64,000 bases of DNA from an uncultured Alphaproteobacteria bacterium (lineage in GTDB: Bacteria > Pseudomonadota > Alphaproteobacteria > HIMB59 > GCA-002718135). The stretch covers positions 4,804 to 68,803 of the forward strand of contig CACNHX010000002.1 of the NCBI GenBank assembly GCA_902620425.1, in the 5' to 3' direction. Positions 39,099 through 51,351 of the stretch are shown in pieces (the first letter of the stretch is position 1; every line of letters starts with the position of its first letter). The translations under genes were made by a program, and so were the position numbers. The notes under the pieces are model-generated. The model did not search any database, was not told where the DNA came from, and saw only the letters and a program-made list of their open reading frames with translations.

Positions 39099-40220
39099 AT
39101 GCTCTTATCTGCTATTAAAGAAAATGATAACAACGAGACAAGAGTCTCTATCTCCCCTGAATCCGTAAAGCTTTTTTCTAGACTAGGTTTTGAAGTTATA
39201 ATTGAAAATGGAGCAGGTGAAACTTCAGGATATCAGAATTCAAATTATGAAGAAGCTGGAGCAAAAATTGTAACTAGATCTGAATGCTTGAAGGCTGATG
39301 TTTGTTTATGTGTTAGAATGCCAAGCACTGATGATATAAATAACTTAAAAAGCAATTCATTACTAATTGGAATTTTAAATCCGTATGAAAATAAATCTGA
39401 ATTTTCTAATTTAAACAAAAACAAAATATCATCATGTTGTATGGAATTAATTCCTAGAATAAGTAGAGCCCAAAGTATGGATGTTTTATCATCCCAAGCT
39501 AATTTAGCGGGGTATAGAAGTGTAATTGATGCAGCTGAGCAATTTGGAAAAGCTTTTCCAATGATGATGACTGCAGCTGGAAGAGTAAATCCAGCAAAAG
39601 TAATGATACTTGGAGTAGGAGTTGCAGGTTTACAAGCTATAGCAACAGCAAAAAGACTTGGCGCAGTAGTTTCTGCTACTGATGTTAGAGCAGCAACTAA
39701 GGAACAAGTTGAAAGCCTTGGTGGAAAATTCATAATGGTTGAAGATGATGAATCTCAAAATGCTGAAACCGCAGGTGGTTATGCAAAGGAAATGAGTGAA
39801 GATTACAAGAATAAACAAGCTCAATTGATAGCAGAAACAGTTTCAAAACAAGATATAGTAATTTGTACAGCCCTTATTCCTGGAAAAAAAGCTCCAGTTT
39901 TAATCACAGAAGAAATGGTTTCTTCGATGATACCAGGTTCAGTAGTAATTGATTTGGCTGTGGAAGCTGGTGGTAATTGCCCTTTAAGTAAAATGAATGA
40001 AATAGTAGTGCATAATGGAGTAAAAATCGTTGGTTATGGAAATGTTCCTGGAAGAGTAGCAAAAGATGCCTCAGCACTTTATGCTAAAAACATTTTTAAC
40101 TTCTTAAGCTTATTAATAGATAAAGAAAATAAAAAAATAAATTTTGATTTTAATGATGAAATAATTAATTCTGTTTTGCTAACGCATGATGGTGATGTAA
40201 GATTGGAGCAATTTAAGTAA
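39099..40220 (+). CDS. pntA: NAD(P) transhydrogenase alpha subunit, domain I
   Basis: ETRV, RAQSMDVLSSQ, GVGVAGLQAI, TALIPG, GGNC. Confidence 0.95.
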   Translation: MLLSAIKENDNNETRVSISPESVKLFSRLGFEVIIENGAGETSGYQNSNYEEAGAKIVTRSECLKADVCLCVRMPSTDDINNLKSNSLLIGILNPYENKSEFSNLNKNKISSCCMELIPRISRAQSMDVLSSQANLAGYRSVIDAAEQFGKAFPMMMTAAGRVNPAKVMILGVGVAGLQAIATAKRLGAVVSATDVRAATKEQVESLGGKFIMVEDDESQNAETAGGYAKEMSEDYKNKQAQLIAETVSKQDIVICTALIPGKKAPVLITEEMVSSMIPGSVVIDLAVEAGGNCPLSKMNEIVVHNGVKIVGYGNVPGRVAKDASALYAKNIFNFLSLLIDKENKKINFDFNDEIINSVLLTHDGDVRLEQFK

Positions 40221-40221
40221 T

Positions 40222-40539
40222 ATGGAAGCACATTCTTCAGAAGTTTTTGTTATTGGTTTAACAGTATTTTTCTTAGCTTGTATTATTGGTTACTATGTAG
40301 TTTGGTCAGTTACTCCCGCTTTACATAGTCCATTGATGGGTGTGACAAATGCGATATCAAGTGTAATTATAGTTGGTGCAATATTGGCAGCCGGTCCTCA
40401 AGGTTTTGATACTTCAAAAATTTTTGGATTAATTGGTGTAGTATTAGCTTCAGTTAATATTTTTGGAGGTTTTCTAGTAACATATCGAATGCTTTCGATG
40501 TTTAAGAAAAAAACTAAAAAAACAAAGGAAAAAGAATAA
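40222..40539 (+). CDS. pntA: NAD(P) transhydrogenase alpha subunit, membrane part (split alpha)
   Basis: VTPALHSPLMGVTNAISS, NIFGGF.VT.RML. Confidence 0.93.
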   Translation: MEAHSSEVFVIGLTVFFLACIIGYYVVWSVTPALHSPLMGVTNAISSVIIVGAILAAGPQGFDTSKIFGLIGVVLASVNIFGGFLVTYRMLSMFKKKTKKTKEKE

Positions 40540-41933
40540 TGTCTTCTAACATGGTTGCGATATTATATTTAATATCTGCATTATTATTTATCTTTGCTTT
40601 AAGAGGTTTATCTCACCCTGAGTCTTCAAGAATGGGCAACATTTTTGGTATTATTGGAATGATTATAGCGGTGTTCACAACACTAATGTTTAAATCTGTT
40701 CTTAGCTATTACGAAATTGGAGCCGCAATACTTATTGGTGGTGCAATAGGTTCATTTATTGCTCTTAGAATTGAAATGACAGCATTACCTCAATTAGTAG
40801 CAGCTTTTCATAGCTTAGTAGGTTTAGCTGCTGTATTTGTTGCTGCTGCTGCTTTCTATGATCCTGTAGCTTTTAGTATTGGAAAAGTTGGATCAATTAA
40901 AACTGCTAGTTTAGTTGAAATGAGTATTGGAACATTTATCGGTGCTATTACTTTTTCTGGTTCGGTTTTAGCTTTTGGAAAATTACAAGGAACAATTTCT
41001 GGAAAGCCTATTGTATTTAAGTTTCAGCACCTTATTAATGCACTAATTTTCTTTCTAATTATTTTCTTAATTGTTTTATTTGTTATTAATCAATCTCCAA
41101 CAATTTTTTGGACAATAGTCATTGTTTCAATATTACTAGGATTTCTGGTAGTAATTCCTATTGGTGGAGCTGACATGCCAGTTGTCGTTTCTATGTTAAA
41201 CTCTTATTCAGGATGGGCAGCTTGTGGCATAGGATTTACACTAAGTAATAATCTCTTAATTATAACTGGTGCACTTGTTGGAGCATCTGGTGCAATATTG
41301 AGTTATATAATGAGTAAAGGGATGAATAGATCTATTATTAATGTTGTTCTAGGAGGTTTTGGTGGTGAGCAAGACACTAGTGCTAGCAAGGATAACTCAG
41401 ACAAAATTGTTAAACAAGGTAATGCAGAGGATGCTGCATATATAATGAAAAACGCAGACTCAGTAATTATTGTACCAGGATATGGAATGGCTGTAGCACA
41501 AGCGCAACATGCCTTAAGAGAAATGGGTGACATATTAAAAAAAGAAGGAATAGAAGTAAGATACGCAATTCATCCAGTAGCTGGAAGAATGCCAGGTCAT
41601 ATGAATGTTTTGCTTGCTGAAGCAAATGTTCCTTATGAAGAGGTCTTAGAGCTAGACGAAATCAATCATGATTTTCCAATGACTGAGGTTTCATTTGTTA
41701 TTGGAGCAAATGATGTAACAAATCCAGCTGCAAAAACAGATGAGTCATCTCCTATTTTTGGTATGCCTATTTTAGATGTAGAAAAATCTCAGAGCGTTCT
41801 ATTTGTAAAACGTTCAATGGCAACTGGTTATTCTGGTGTTGATAACGAATTATTTTATAGAGATAATACGACTATGCTATTTGGAGATGCTAAAAAAATG
41901 TGTGAGGATATTGTAAAAAGTCTTTCTGCCTAA
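40539..41933 (+). CDS. pntB: NAD(P) transhydrogenase beta subunit
   Basis: [46 protein letters not shown]. Confidence 0.97.
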   Translation: MSSNMVAILYLISALLFIFALRGLSHPESSRMGNIFGIIGMIIAVFTTLMFKSVLSYYEIGAAILIGGAIGSFIALRIEMTALPQLVAAFHSLVGLAAVFVAAAAFYDPVAFSIGKVGSIKTASLVEMSIGTFIGAITFSGSVLAFGKLQGTISGKPIVFKFQHLINALIFFLIIFLIVLFVINQSPTIFWTIVIVSILLGFLVVIPIGGADMPVVVSMLNSYSGWAACGIGFTLSNNLLIITGALVGASGAILSYIMSKGMNRSIINVVLGGFGGEQDTSASKDNSDKIVKQGNAEDAAYIMKNADSVIIVPGYGMAVAQAQHALREMGDILKKEGIEVRYAIHPVAGRMPGHMNVLLAEANVPYEEVLELDEINHDFPMTEVSFVIGANDVTNPAAKTDESSPIFGMPILDVEKSQSVLFVKRSMATGYSGVDNELFYRDNTTMLFGDAKKMCEDIVKSLSA

Positions 41934-42127
41934 TCGTTATTTCTTTTTGCAGATTTTCTAGCCCTTCTAATATTTTCTTCTTTTTCTCTTGCACGTTTCA
42001 AACAAGGTTTTTCGTAATGTTTACGTAGTTTCATTTCTTTATACAAACCTTCGCGCTGCATTTTCTTTTTAAGCGTTCTAATTGCTTGTTCCACATTATT
42101 ATCTTTTACGTTTACAAAAAGTGTCAT
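41930..42127 (-). CDS. rpsU: 30S ribosomal protein S21
   Basis: [27 protein letters not shown]. Confidence 0.95.
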   Translation of the reverse strand: MTLFVNVKDNNVEQAIRTLKKKMQREGLYKEMKLRKHYEKPCLKRAREKEENIRRARKSAKRNND

Positions 42128-42221
42128 TGGGACGGGCTAGTAACATAAACTTATATTATTTGCAAACGGATATATTGAATTAATCTATTGGTATATTAGA
42201 AAAAATACTTATATCTATTAT

Positions 42222-42752
42222 GTGTCTATTCTCAAAATATCAAAAATCGGTCATCCCATTTTACTAAAAGAATGTTCTGAAATAAAAGAATTCTCTTCAG
42301 ATTCTCTAAAAAAAATAGTTTATGATATGTCGGAAACAATGCTTGACTATAACGGTATAGGTTTAGCAGCACCCCAGGTGCATATTTCAAAGCAAATAAT
42401 AGTATTTCGTAATCCTGATATTGAAGAGAAAGATAAAATTGAGATCACACCATTAATAAATCCAAGTTTTACATCTATAGGGAAAGAAACTGAGGATGAT
42501 TGGGAAGGCTGTTTATCTATTCCTGGCATGCAAGGCTTGGTCAGAAGATTTAAAAAAATTAAATATTCTGGATTTGATATTGATGGTAAAGTAATTGAAA
42601 ATGAAGTTGAAGGCTTACATGCAAGGGTAGTACAACATGAGGTAGATCATTTAAACGGCATTTTGTATACATCACGCTTAGCACATAAAAATGCTTTTGG
42701 TTTTGAAAAAGAAATAACTACATACTGGAAAAATGAACAAAACAGAAATTAA
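42222..42752 (+). CDS. def: Peptide deformylase
   Basis: GIGLAAPQV, EGCLSIP, QHEVDHL.G. Confidence 0.95.
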   Translation: MSILKISKIGHPILLKECSEIKEFSSDSLKKIVYDMSETMLDYNGIGLAAPQVHISKQIIVFRNPDIEEKDKIEITPLINPSFTSIGKETEDDWEGCLSIPGMQGLVRRFKKIKYSGFDIDGKVIENEVEGLHARVVQHEVDHLNGILYTSRLAHKNAFGFEKEITTYWKNEQNRN

Positions 42753-43350
42753 AAAAAAAGAAGATATTCTCAAAAAAACAAAAAAAATTGTATCAATTGA
42801 AGGTTGGTCATCAGAAATATTTTCAAAATTACAAAAACAAAATATAGACAAAAATGATTTATTCTATTTTTTCCCCGATGGAAATAAAGATTTATTAGAA
42901 TATGCTTTACAAAATATTAATGAAAAACTTGAATATAAATTAAAAAAAATTAATTTAATCAATTTTCCAATTAACAAAAGAATAAAAAAAATATTATTAT
43001 TACGATTTGATATATTAAATGAAGATAAAGAATTTTATAAAAAAACCTTTAACTATCTTTTGCTGCCCACAAATAACAAAATATCGAAAAAGAGTTTATA
43101 TAATTCAGTAAATACAATGTGGTATTTAGCTGGAGATAATTCAACAGATTTCAATTTTTATACAAAAAGACTGATTTTATCAGGAATATATACTAATGCC
43201 TTATTCGTTTTTTTTTCAAAAGAAATGAAGCATGTTGAAGAAAATATTGATAAAAATCTTAAGAGAATATCAAAAATTCCAAAAATTAAGGAAAGAATTT
43301 CTTTTATTAAGGATAACGCTCCTAAATTTTTAAAAAGTTTTTTAGCTTAA
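42733..43350 (+). CDS. COQ9-family protein
   Basis: GWS, FPDG, W..AGD.STDFNFYTKR..L motif; typical neighbour of rpsU. Confidence 0.88.
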   Translation: MNKTEIKKKEDILKKTKKIVSIEGWSSEIFSKLQKQNIDKNDLFYFFPDGNKDLLEYALQNINEKLEYKLKKINLINFPINKRIKKILLLRFDILNEDKEFYKKTFNYLLLPTNNKISKKSLYNSVNTMWYLAGDNSTDFNFYTKRLILSGIYTNALFVFFSKEMKHVEENIDKNLKRISKIPKIKERISFIKDNAPKFLKSFLA

Positions 43351-43547
43351 GCTATACTATCTGGCTCTAATTTATTTTGAATTTCTAATATTTTATCTTT
43401 TAGGATTAATTTTCTTTTTTTTAACCTTTGAATTTGTAAAAGGTCTACAGTATTTTTTTCTTGAAGCCTAATGAGTATTTCATCAAGATCTCTGTGTTCT
43501 TGTTCAAAATTTTTTAAAATTTCTATAAGTTTGTTTATGTCATCCAT
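43347..43547 (-). CDS. DUF465/YdcH-family small coiled-coil protein
   Basis: EHRDLD..I, LQIQRLKKRKL.LKD.I, PD.IA; ATG at 43547. Confidence 0.85.
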   Translation of the reverse strand: MDDINKLIEILKNFEQEHRDLDEILIRLQEKNTVDLLQIQRLKKRKLILKDKILEIQNKLEPDSIA

Positions 43548-43591
43548 GAAAATAAATAAGTAAAAATATAATAATAGTATATAAACGCCCT

Positions 43592-44677
43592 GTGGTAAAA
43601 AAAATAGCAATTTTAACAAGCGGTGGAGATTGTGCAGGTTTAAATGCAGTAATTAGAGCTGTTACCTTGAGAGCACATAATAAGTACAATTGGGAAGTTT
43701 ATGGAATTAAAGATGGAACATTAGGCCTGTTGAAAGAACCACTAGACGTTATCAAATTAAATCCCCAAAATTTTGAGGGTAGCTTAATGAGAATGGGTGG
43801 AACTTTTTTGGGATCAAATAACAAAGGCAACCCTTTTAAAAAAATTATTAGGAATGGAAAAAAAATAGACTCATCTGATTTAGTTATAGAAGGTTTTAAA
43901 AAATTAGGAATAGATGCGCTAATAGGTATTGGTGGAGATGGAAGTTTAAAAATCCTACAAAGTATTACAAAAAAAGGAAATATAAATTTTGTGGGTATTC
44001 CAAAGACTATAGACAATGATGTAAAGCATAACGAGCTATCTATAGGATATGATACTGCAGTTGACGTAGCAACAAATGCATTAGATATGCTTCAACCAAC
44101 AGCAGCTAGCCACAGAAGAGTAATGATTTTAGAAGTAATGGGTAGAGATGCAGGCCACATTGCTTTGAATGCAGGAATAGCTGGAGGAGCAGATGTTATT
44201 TTGATCCCCGAGATTCAATATTCTATAAAATCAATTGCTGATCATATCGAGAAACTTAGGTCTAAAGGAAGAAATCATGCATTAATAGTTGTTGCAGAAG
44301 CTGTAAAAAAAGAAAACGGTAAAAAAGCTACAGTGAAATATGTTGATGGAGAGGTGCGTCTTGGAGGGATTGGAAATTATCTTGGTGATGAAATCTATAA
44401 AATAACAGACTCTGAAACAAGAGTTACAGTTCTAGGACATGTTCAAAGAGGTGCTCAACCAACTCATAGAGATCGTTTAATTGCAAGTGCCTTTGGGGTT
44501 TACGCTGTTGATTTAATTGCAAAGAAAAAATTTAACAGAGTTGTTGTATGGAAAGACAGAGGAGTACAAGATTTGATGCTTAGTCAAGTTGCTGGATATT
44601 CAAAAACTGTTCAAAAAAATGATCCTTTGATTAAAGTAGCTGAAGGTCTTGGAATTTATATTGGTGAAACAAACTAA
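43592..44677 (+). CDS. pfkA: 6-phosphofructokinase (PfkA family, probably ATP-dependent)
   Basis: TSGGDCAGLN, GGDGS, PKTIDND, EVMGRDAG, LGHVQRG. Confidence 0.93.
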   Translation: MVKKIAILTSGGDCAGLNAVIRAVTLRAHNKYNWEVYGIKDGTLGLLKEPLDVIKLNPQNFEGSLMRMGGTFLGSNNKGNPFKKIIRNGKKIDSSDLVIEGFKKLGIDALIGIGGDGSLKILQSITKKGNINFVGIPKTIDNDVKHNELSIGYDTAVDVATNALDMLQPTAASHRRVMILEVMGRDAGHIALNAGIAGGADVILIPEIQYSIKSIADHIEKLRSKGRNHALIVVAEAVKKENGKKATVKYVDGEVRLGGIGNYLGDEIYKITDSETRVTVLGHVQRGAQPTHRDRLIASAFGVYAVDLIAKKKFNRVVVWKDRGVQDLMLSQVAGYSKTVQKNDPLIKVAEGLGIYIGETN

Positions 44678-45432
44678 AAATTTCCTAATTTTCTCCAAAT
44701 AAAAGAATAAATTTTTAAAGGTAAAAATCTCATAATTTTTACTGCAAAAACAACGACAAAAGGGAAATAGATTTCAAATTTATATTTCCCAGTTAATCCC
44801 TTAAATATTTTATTAGCAGCATAACTTGGAGGCTTTAAAAGAGGCATTTTAAATGAATTTAGTTTTGTTGATTCAGTATCTATAAATCCAGGATTGATAA
44901 CTGAAATATTAATTTTTAACTTTTTGAAATCAAAATACAAACTTTCAACTAAGTTTAATTGTGCTGCTTTTGTCATCCCATAAGCACCTGCAGTTGGCAT
45001 TCCCCTGAAACCTACAGGAGATGAAACTACTGAAATTAAATTATTTCTATCTTTCATATAATTTTTTAAAACATCTATACAGTTTATTGTGCCATTAAGA
45101 TTAACTTCTATAAGTAAATTATAATTTTCTATATCGAATTCTTGAGTTCTATTAGGTGAGTAAGCAGCAGCATTTAGTAAAGCAATATCAATTTTTGATA
45201 TATCTGTTTCAATATATGCTACAGTATCTTTGACATCATTATATTTACTAACATCGCAAGCTTTATAGAAAATTTCTTTTTTGCTTGTTTTATTTTTTAA
45301 TTTTTCAACAGCTTTTTTTAATTTGTCTTCATTTCTAGAAGAAATTATTACTCTCCAATTTTCTTCCAAAAATTTTTGTGCTACTGCAAATCCAATTCCA
45401 GAAGATCCACCTGTAATCCAAATTGTTTGCAA
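44674..45432 (-). CDS. Short-chain dehydrogenase/reductase
   Basis: TGGSSGIG, NAA, YGMTK (YxxxK), PGFIDT. Confidence 0.9.
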   Translation of the reverse strand: MQTIWITGGSSGIGFAVAQKFLEENWRVIISSRNEDKLKKAVEKLKNKTSKKEIFYKACDVSKYNDVKDTVAYIETDISKIDIALLNAAAYSPNRTQEFDIENYNLLIEVNLNGTINCIDVLKNYMKDRNNLISVVSSPVGFRGMPTAGAYGMTKAAQLNLVESLYFDFKKLKINISVINPGFIDTESTKLNSFKMPLLKPPSYAANKIFKGLTGKYKFEIYFPFVVVFAVKIMRFLPLKIYSFIWRKLGNF

Positions 45433-46116
45433 TTATTGACCCCAATCATTACGAATTATTGTTATAATATTTTTTTTATCATTAGGGTTTTTGAATTCCA
45501 TTTTCATGAGCTCTTTTTCAAAATACCAAAGTGTATACTCTGGAAATGGCCCTTTATCTTTTGGATTTTTTGATGCATTGAAAAGATACTTACTAGTTAA
45601 AATTTCAATGTCATTGATTTTAATTTTTTCATCTTCAAGTTGCTTTACTTCTATAGTTCTTACAATACCCTTTTGAGTATCAAACACTTCTTTTTCATTT
45701 AACATTTCGAGATTCCAATAATTTAATGGTACTATATTTTTATCTAATTTTAATTGTCCATCCATACCACTAGCAATAAAAAAATTGTCTTCATCATTTC
45801 CAATTATTTTATACTCTCGATCATCTTCAAAATCTGTAAATCCATCTATTGATACAAATTCACCATTTGTCCAAGTTTCTTTTGTTTCTTGGAAAAATTT
45901 GTATGCTGGAATAAATAAAACCTTCACATTTATCTTTAAGACTGAATGTACAACAATACTATCATCATTTTCTATAAATTTCGAAATTAAGCTACCAATA
46001 TTTTTCTTTTTTCTAATAACATCATAACTTACCTCATTATCTTCTGGTATTGGAAATGGCTGACAAAAAACACTAAAAGAAAAAAGAGATAAACAAATTA
46101 TAAAGATATATTTCAC
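45433..46116 (-). CDS. Secreted hypothetical protein (DUF6134-like)
   Basis: Signal peptide; Y.V.R....IG, VK.LFI..Y.F....E.W, P..YWN, DTQ.G pattern. Confidence 0.6.
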   Translation of the reverse strand: MKYIFIICLSLFSFSVFCQPFPIPEDNEVSYDVIRKKKNIGSLISKFIENDDSIVVHSVLKINVKVLFIPAYKFFQETKETWTNGEFVSIDGFTDFEDDREYKIIGNDEDNFFIASGMDGQLKLDKNIVPLNYWNLEMLNEKEVFDTQKGIVRTIEVKQLEDEKIKINDIEILTSKYLFNASKNPKDKGPFPEYTLWYFEKELMKMEFKNPNDKKNIITIIRNDWGQ

Positions 46117-46830
46117 GATTTAATTCTTAATGTTGATCTTCCTCCATCTATATGAAATATTTGTCCAGTAATCCAACTATTTTTATCACTTAATAGAAAA
46201 CTTCCTATGTCAGAGAAATCATCACCAGATCCTATTTTAGGCAGAGGATGCATATTTTCAATTGCTTTCTTAATAGTTTCATTATTAAGTAACTTTTGTG
46301 TCATTTTTGCGTCAGTTAAACTAGGCGCTATACAATTTACTTTAATTTTTGGAGCAAATTCTGCAGCTAAGCTCAAAGTAAGACCTTCAATGGCACCTTT
46401 TGCGGTCGAGACTACTGTGTGATTAGTAAAACCTTGTTTTACGGCAATAGTTGAATAAAGTAGAATACTACCATTATTTTTAGCTAGAGTTTCTTGATTA
46501 AACTTAATTGCATTTATGGCACTAAGTGTATTTATTTTAAAAGAATCAATAAAATCTTCATCTTTAGTCATTTTGAGAGGCTTTAAATTTATAGAACCAA
46601 CACAAAAAGCAATACCACATAATCGATCTTTGTATTCTTCCGAAATACTTTTAACTTTATCAAAATCTAAAACATCACAAACTTTATATTCGCAACCAAT
46701 TTCCTCAGATAAGTGTTTTAATTCTTTCTCATTTCTAGAAATAATTATTGGATCATAGTTATTGCTCTTTAGTTTTTTTGACAAAGATTTTCCAATAGAA
46801 CCCGTTCCCCCAAAGATAAATATATTTTTA

Positions 46831-46838
<8 letters not shown>
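46113..46838 (-). CDS. Short-chain dehydrogenase/reductase (atypical)
   Basis: GGTGSIG, GSINLKP, KGAIEGLT.SLAAE, N.IAPSLT, TGQ..IDGG; catalytic Tyr position appears replaced (HTVVSTAK). Confidence 0.85.
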
Positions 46839-48949
<2,111 letters not shown>

Positions 48950-48950
<1 letters not shown>

Positions 48951-49261
48951 TGCCGAAGTTAATAATCACAGATAGATCAGGTAAAAAGTCTGAAATTGAA
49001 TATGATAGTAATTTTACATTAATGGAAACCCTTAGAGACAATGGCTACGATATTGAAGCTTCCTGCGGAGGATGTTGTGCTTGTGCTACCTGTCATGTTT
49101 ATATTGATGAAAAATGGACAAACAAGCTCAAAAATATGGAAGATGATGAAGAATCTATGCTAGATCAAGCTTTTGATGTTAAAAATAATTCTAGATTATC
49201 TTGTCAAATTGATCTTTCTGAAGAGCTTGATGGCCTAGAGATAGAAATTGCGCCAGAGTAG
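48950..49261 (+). CDS. 2Fe-2S ferredoxin (adrenodoxin/Fdx-type)
   Basis: CGGCCACATCHV and SRLSCQ. Confidence 0.93.
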
Positions 49262-49263
49262 TA

Positions 49264-49307
49264 TTGACATAAATTATTAATTTGTATACAAACAGTTTGT
49301 ATAAAAA
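49264..49307 (+). promoter_or_regulatory. Sigma70-like promoter with overlapping palindromic operator upstream of the MarR gene
   Basis: TTGACA at 49264-49269; perfect inverted repeat TATACAAAC-A-GTTTGTATA at 49285-49303 covering the expected -10 region. Confidence 0.7.
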
Positions 49308-49309
49308 CT

Positions 49310-49771
49310 ATGGCAGACACTTCTCTTAATGAGAATAGATTAGCATTATTAATTTGGCAAACATCAAACTTATGGCAATCTAAAGTAAGACATAAATTAA
49401 AAGAGAGTCAAATAACATTAAATGAATATCTTATTCTTGAGACAATTTATTTATTACAGAAAGAAAACATCAATATTACACAACAGGATATATGTAAAAA
49501 TGCTTCCATCGATAGATCAGTTGTTAGTTTACGTGTTTCTAAACTAGAAGAAAAGAATTTAATATCAAAACAACAACCGCGAGATAAAAGATCTGATAGT
49601 TTAATTCTAACTGCAACAGGGAATGACTTAATTAATAATATTATTGATAATATTGTAGATTTAGAAAATGAATTATTTAATAAATTAGGAACTGAAATTT
49701 TTAATTTCACAAATTCATTAAAGTTGTTATTGGGTAAAAAAATTAGAATTAGAGCAAAATTAAATGATTGA
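49310..49771 (+). CDS. MarR-family transcriptional regulator
   Basis: Winged-helix pattern ITQ.DI.....DRS.VS..V.KLE.K.LI....DKRS..L.LT..G. Confidence 0.88.
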   Translation: MADTSLNENRLALLIWQTSNLWQSKVRHKLKESQITLNEYLILETIYLLQKENINITQQDICKNASIDRSVVSLRVSKLEEKNLISKQQPRDKRSDSLILTATGNDLINNIIDNIVDLENELFNKLGTEIFNFTNSLKLLLGKKIRIRAKLND

Positions 49772-51347
49772 TCAAAAATTATTACAATCCTTAAAAGCTT
49801 GGCCTTTTAAAGAAGCATTACAAATCATTAAGAAAAATGGTGGTTTACAAAATTTTAAAATTCCATCTAAAGGATATGTATTACTAGAAACTGGTTATGG
49901 CCCCTCAGGCTTACCTCATATTGGAACTTTTGGTGAAGTTGTAAGAACATCAATGGTAAAAAATGCATTTAGCTCTATAATTGATTGTCCAACAAAACTA
50001 ATCACCTTTTCTGATGATATGGATGGATTAAGAAAAGTTCCTGAAAACGTTCCAAATAAAGAAATGTTAGAAAAATTTATAGGTAAGCCACTTACTTCCA
50101 TACCAGATCCATTTGGTAAATTTGAAAGTTTTGGACATCATAATAATGCAAAACTTAGAAGTTTTTTAGATGAGTTTAATTTCGATTATGAATTTGTTAG
50201 CTCAACAGAGAAATATCAAAGTGGAGATTTTAATGAAACAATATTAAGCATATTTGAAAACTATCTAAAAATATTAGATATTATTTTGCCTACTTTAAGG
50301 GCAGAAAGAAAAGAAACTTATAGTCCATTTCTCCCAATAAGTGAAAATTCAGGTGAGGTACTTCAGGTAAAAATTGAAGAATATAAAATGGATTCAAAAA
50401 CAATTATTTACAAGGATCCATCTTTAGATAAGTTAGTTGAAACAGAAGTAATTAATGGAAAATGTAAGTTACAATGGAAAGTTGATTGGGCAATGAGATG
50501 GATGTCCTTTGATGTTGATTATGAAATGTGTGGTAAAGATCTTACAGAAAGTGTTGATTTAGGATCCAAGATTTGTAAAGCGCTAAATAAAAAACCACCT
50601 ACTAATCTAATTTATGAAATGTTTTTAGATGAAAAGGGTGAAAAAATTTCTAAGTCAGTTGGAAATGGTATTAGCGTTGATGAGTGGCTGCGTTATGCTT
50701 CTCCTGAGAGTCTTGCACTCTATATGTTTCAAAAACCAAAATCAGCAAAGAAACTTCACTTTGATGTCATTCCTAAAACCGTAGATGATTATCTTTCTCA
50801 TTATAATTCATATTCAAAATTAGATAAAAATAAACAGTATGATAATCCAATTTGGCATATTCATTCAGGAAGACCAAAAGAATTCAAATCAGAAATAAAT
50901 TTCAATACTCTAACCAACCTTGTAAATGTCTCTAATTCTAAAGATAAAAAAGTAATATGGTCTTTTATTAATAAATATGATGAAAATATTAATGCTGATA
51001 ACAATCCTGAATTTGACCGTCTTATAGACTTTGCACTTAATTACTATGAAGATTTTATTTTGCCTAAAAAGAAATTTTTAGAGATTGATAGTAGTAATAA
51101 AGAAGTATTTATTGATATTATTAATGTTTTAGAAAATGAGGTTAATGAAAATAGTTCATCTGAAGATATTCAAACATTATTATATGAAGTAGGAAAAAAG
51201 CACGAATTTGAAAACTTAAAAGATTTTTTTAAACTAGTATATCAAGTTATGCTTGGTCAGGATCAAGGCCCGAGACTAGGATCATTTTTTAAATTATTCG
51301 GTTTAAGAGAAACTATTGATTATCTAAAAAAATTAATAGATAATTAA
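49764..51347 (+). CDS. lysS: Lysine--tRNA ligase, class I
   Basis: ETGYGPSGLPHIGT (HIGH-like), KLQWKVDW, KISKS.GN, QGPRLG. Confidence 0.95.
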   Translation: MIDQKLLQSLKAWPFKEALQIIKKNGGLQNFKIPSKGYVLLETGYGPSGLPHIGTFGEVVRTSMVKNAFSSIIDCPTKLITFSDDMDGLRKVPENVPNKEMLEKFIGKPLTSIPDPFGKFESFGHHNNAKLRSFLDEFNFDYEFVSSTEKYQSGDFNETILSIFENYLKILDIILPTLRAERKETYSPFLPISENSGEVLQVKIEEYKMDSKTIIYKDPSLDKLVETEVINGKCKLQWKVDWAMRWMSFDVDYEMCGKDLTESVDLGSKICKALNKKPPTNLIYEMFLDEKGEKISKSVGNGISVDEWLRYASPESLALYMFQKPKSAKKLHFDVIPKTVDDYLSHYNSYSKLDKNKQYDNPIWHIHSGRPKEFKSEINFNTLTNLVNVSNSKDKKVIWSFINKYDENINADNNPEFDRLIDFALNYYEDFILPKKKFLEIDSSNKEVFIDIINVLENEVNENSSSEDIQTLLYEVGKKHEFENLKDFFKLVYQVMLGQDQGPRLGSFFKLFGLRETIDYLKKLIDN

Positions 51348-51351
51348 TTTA

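Noticed and set aside
49764-51347. Class I LysRS as an archaeal horizontal transfer
   Set aside because: Class I LysRS is normal in many Alphaproteobacteria
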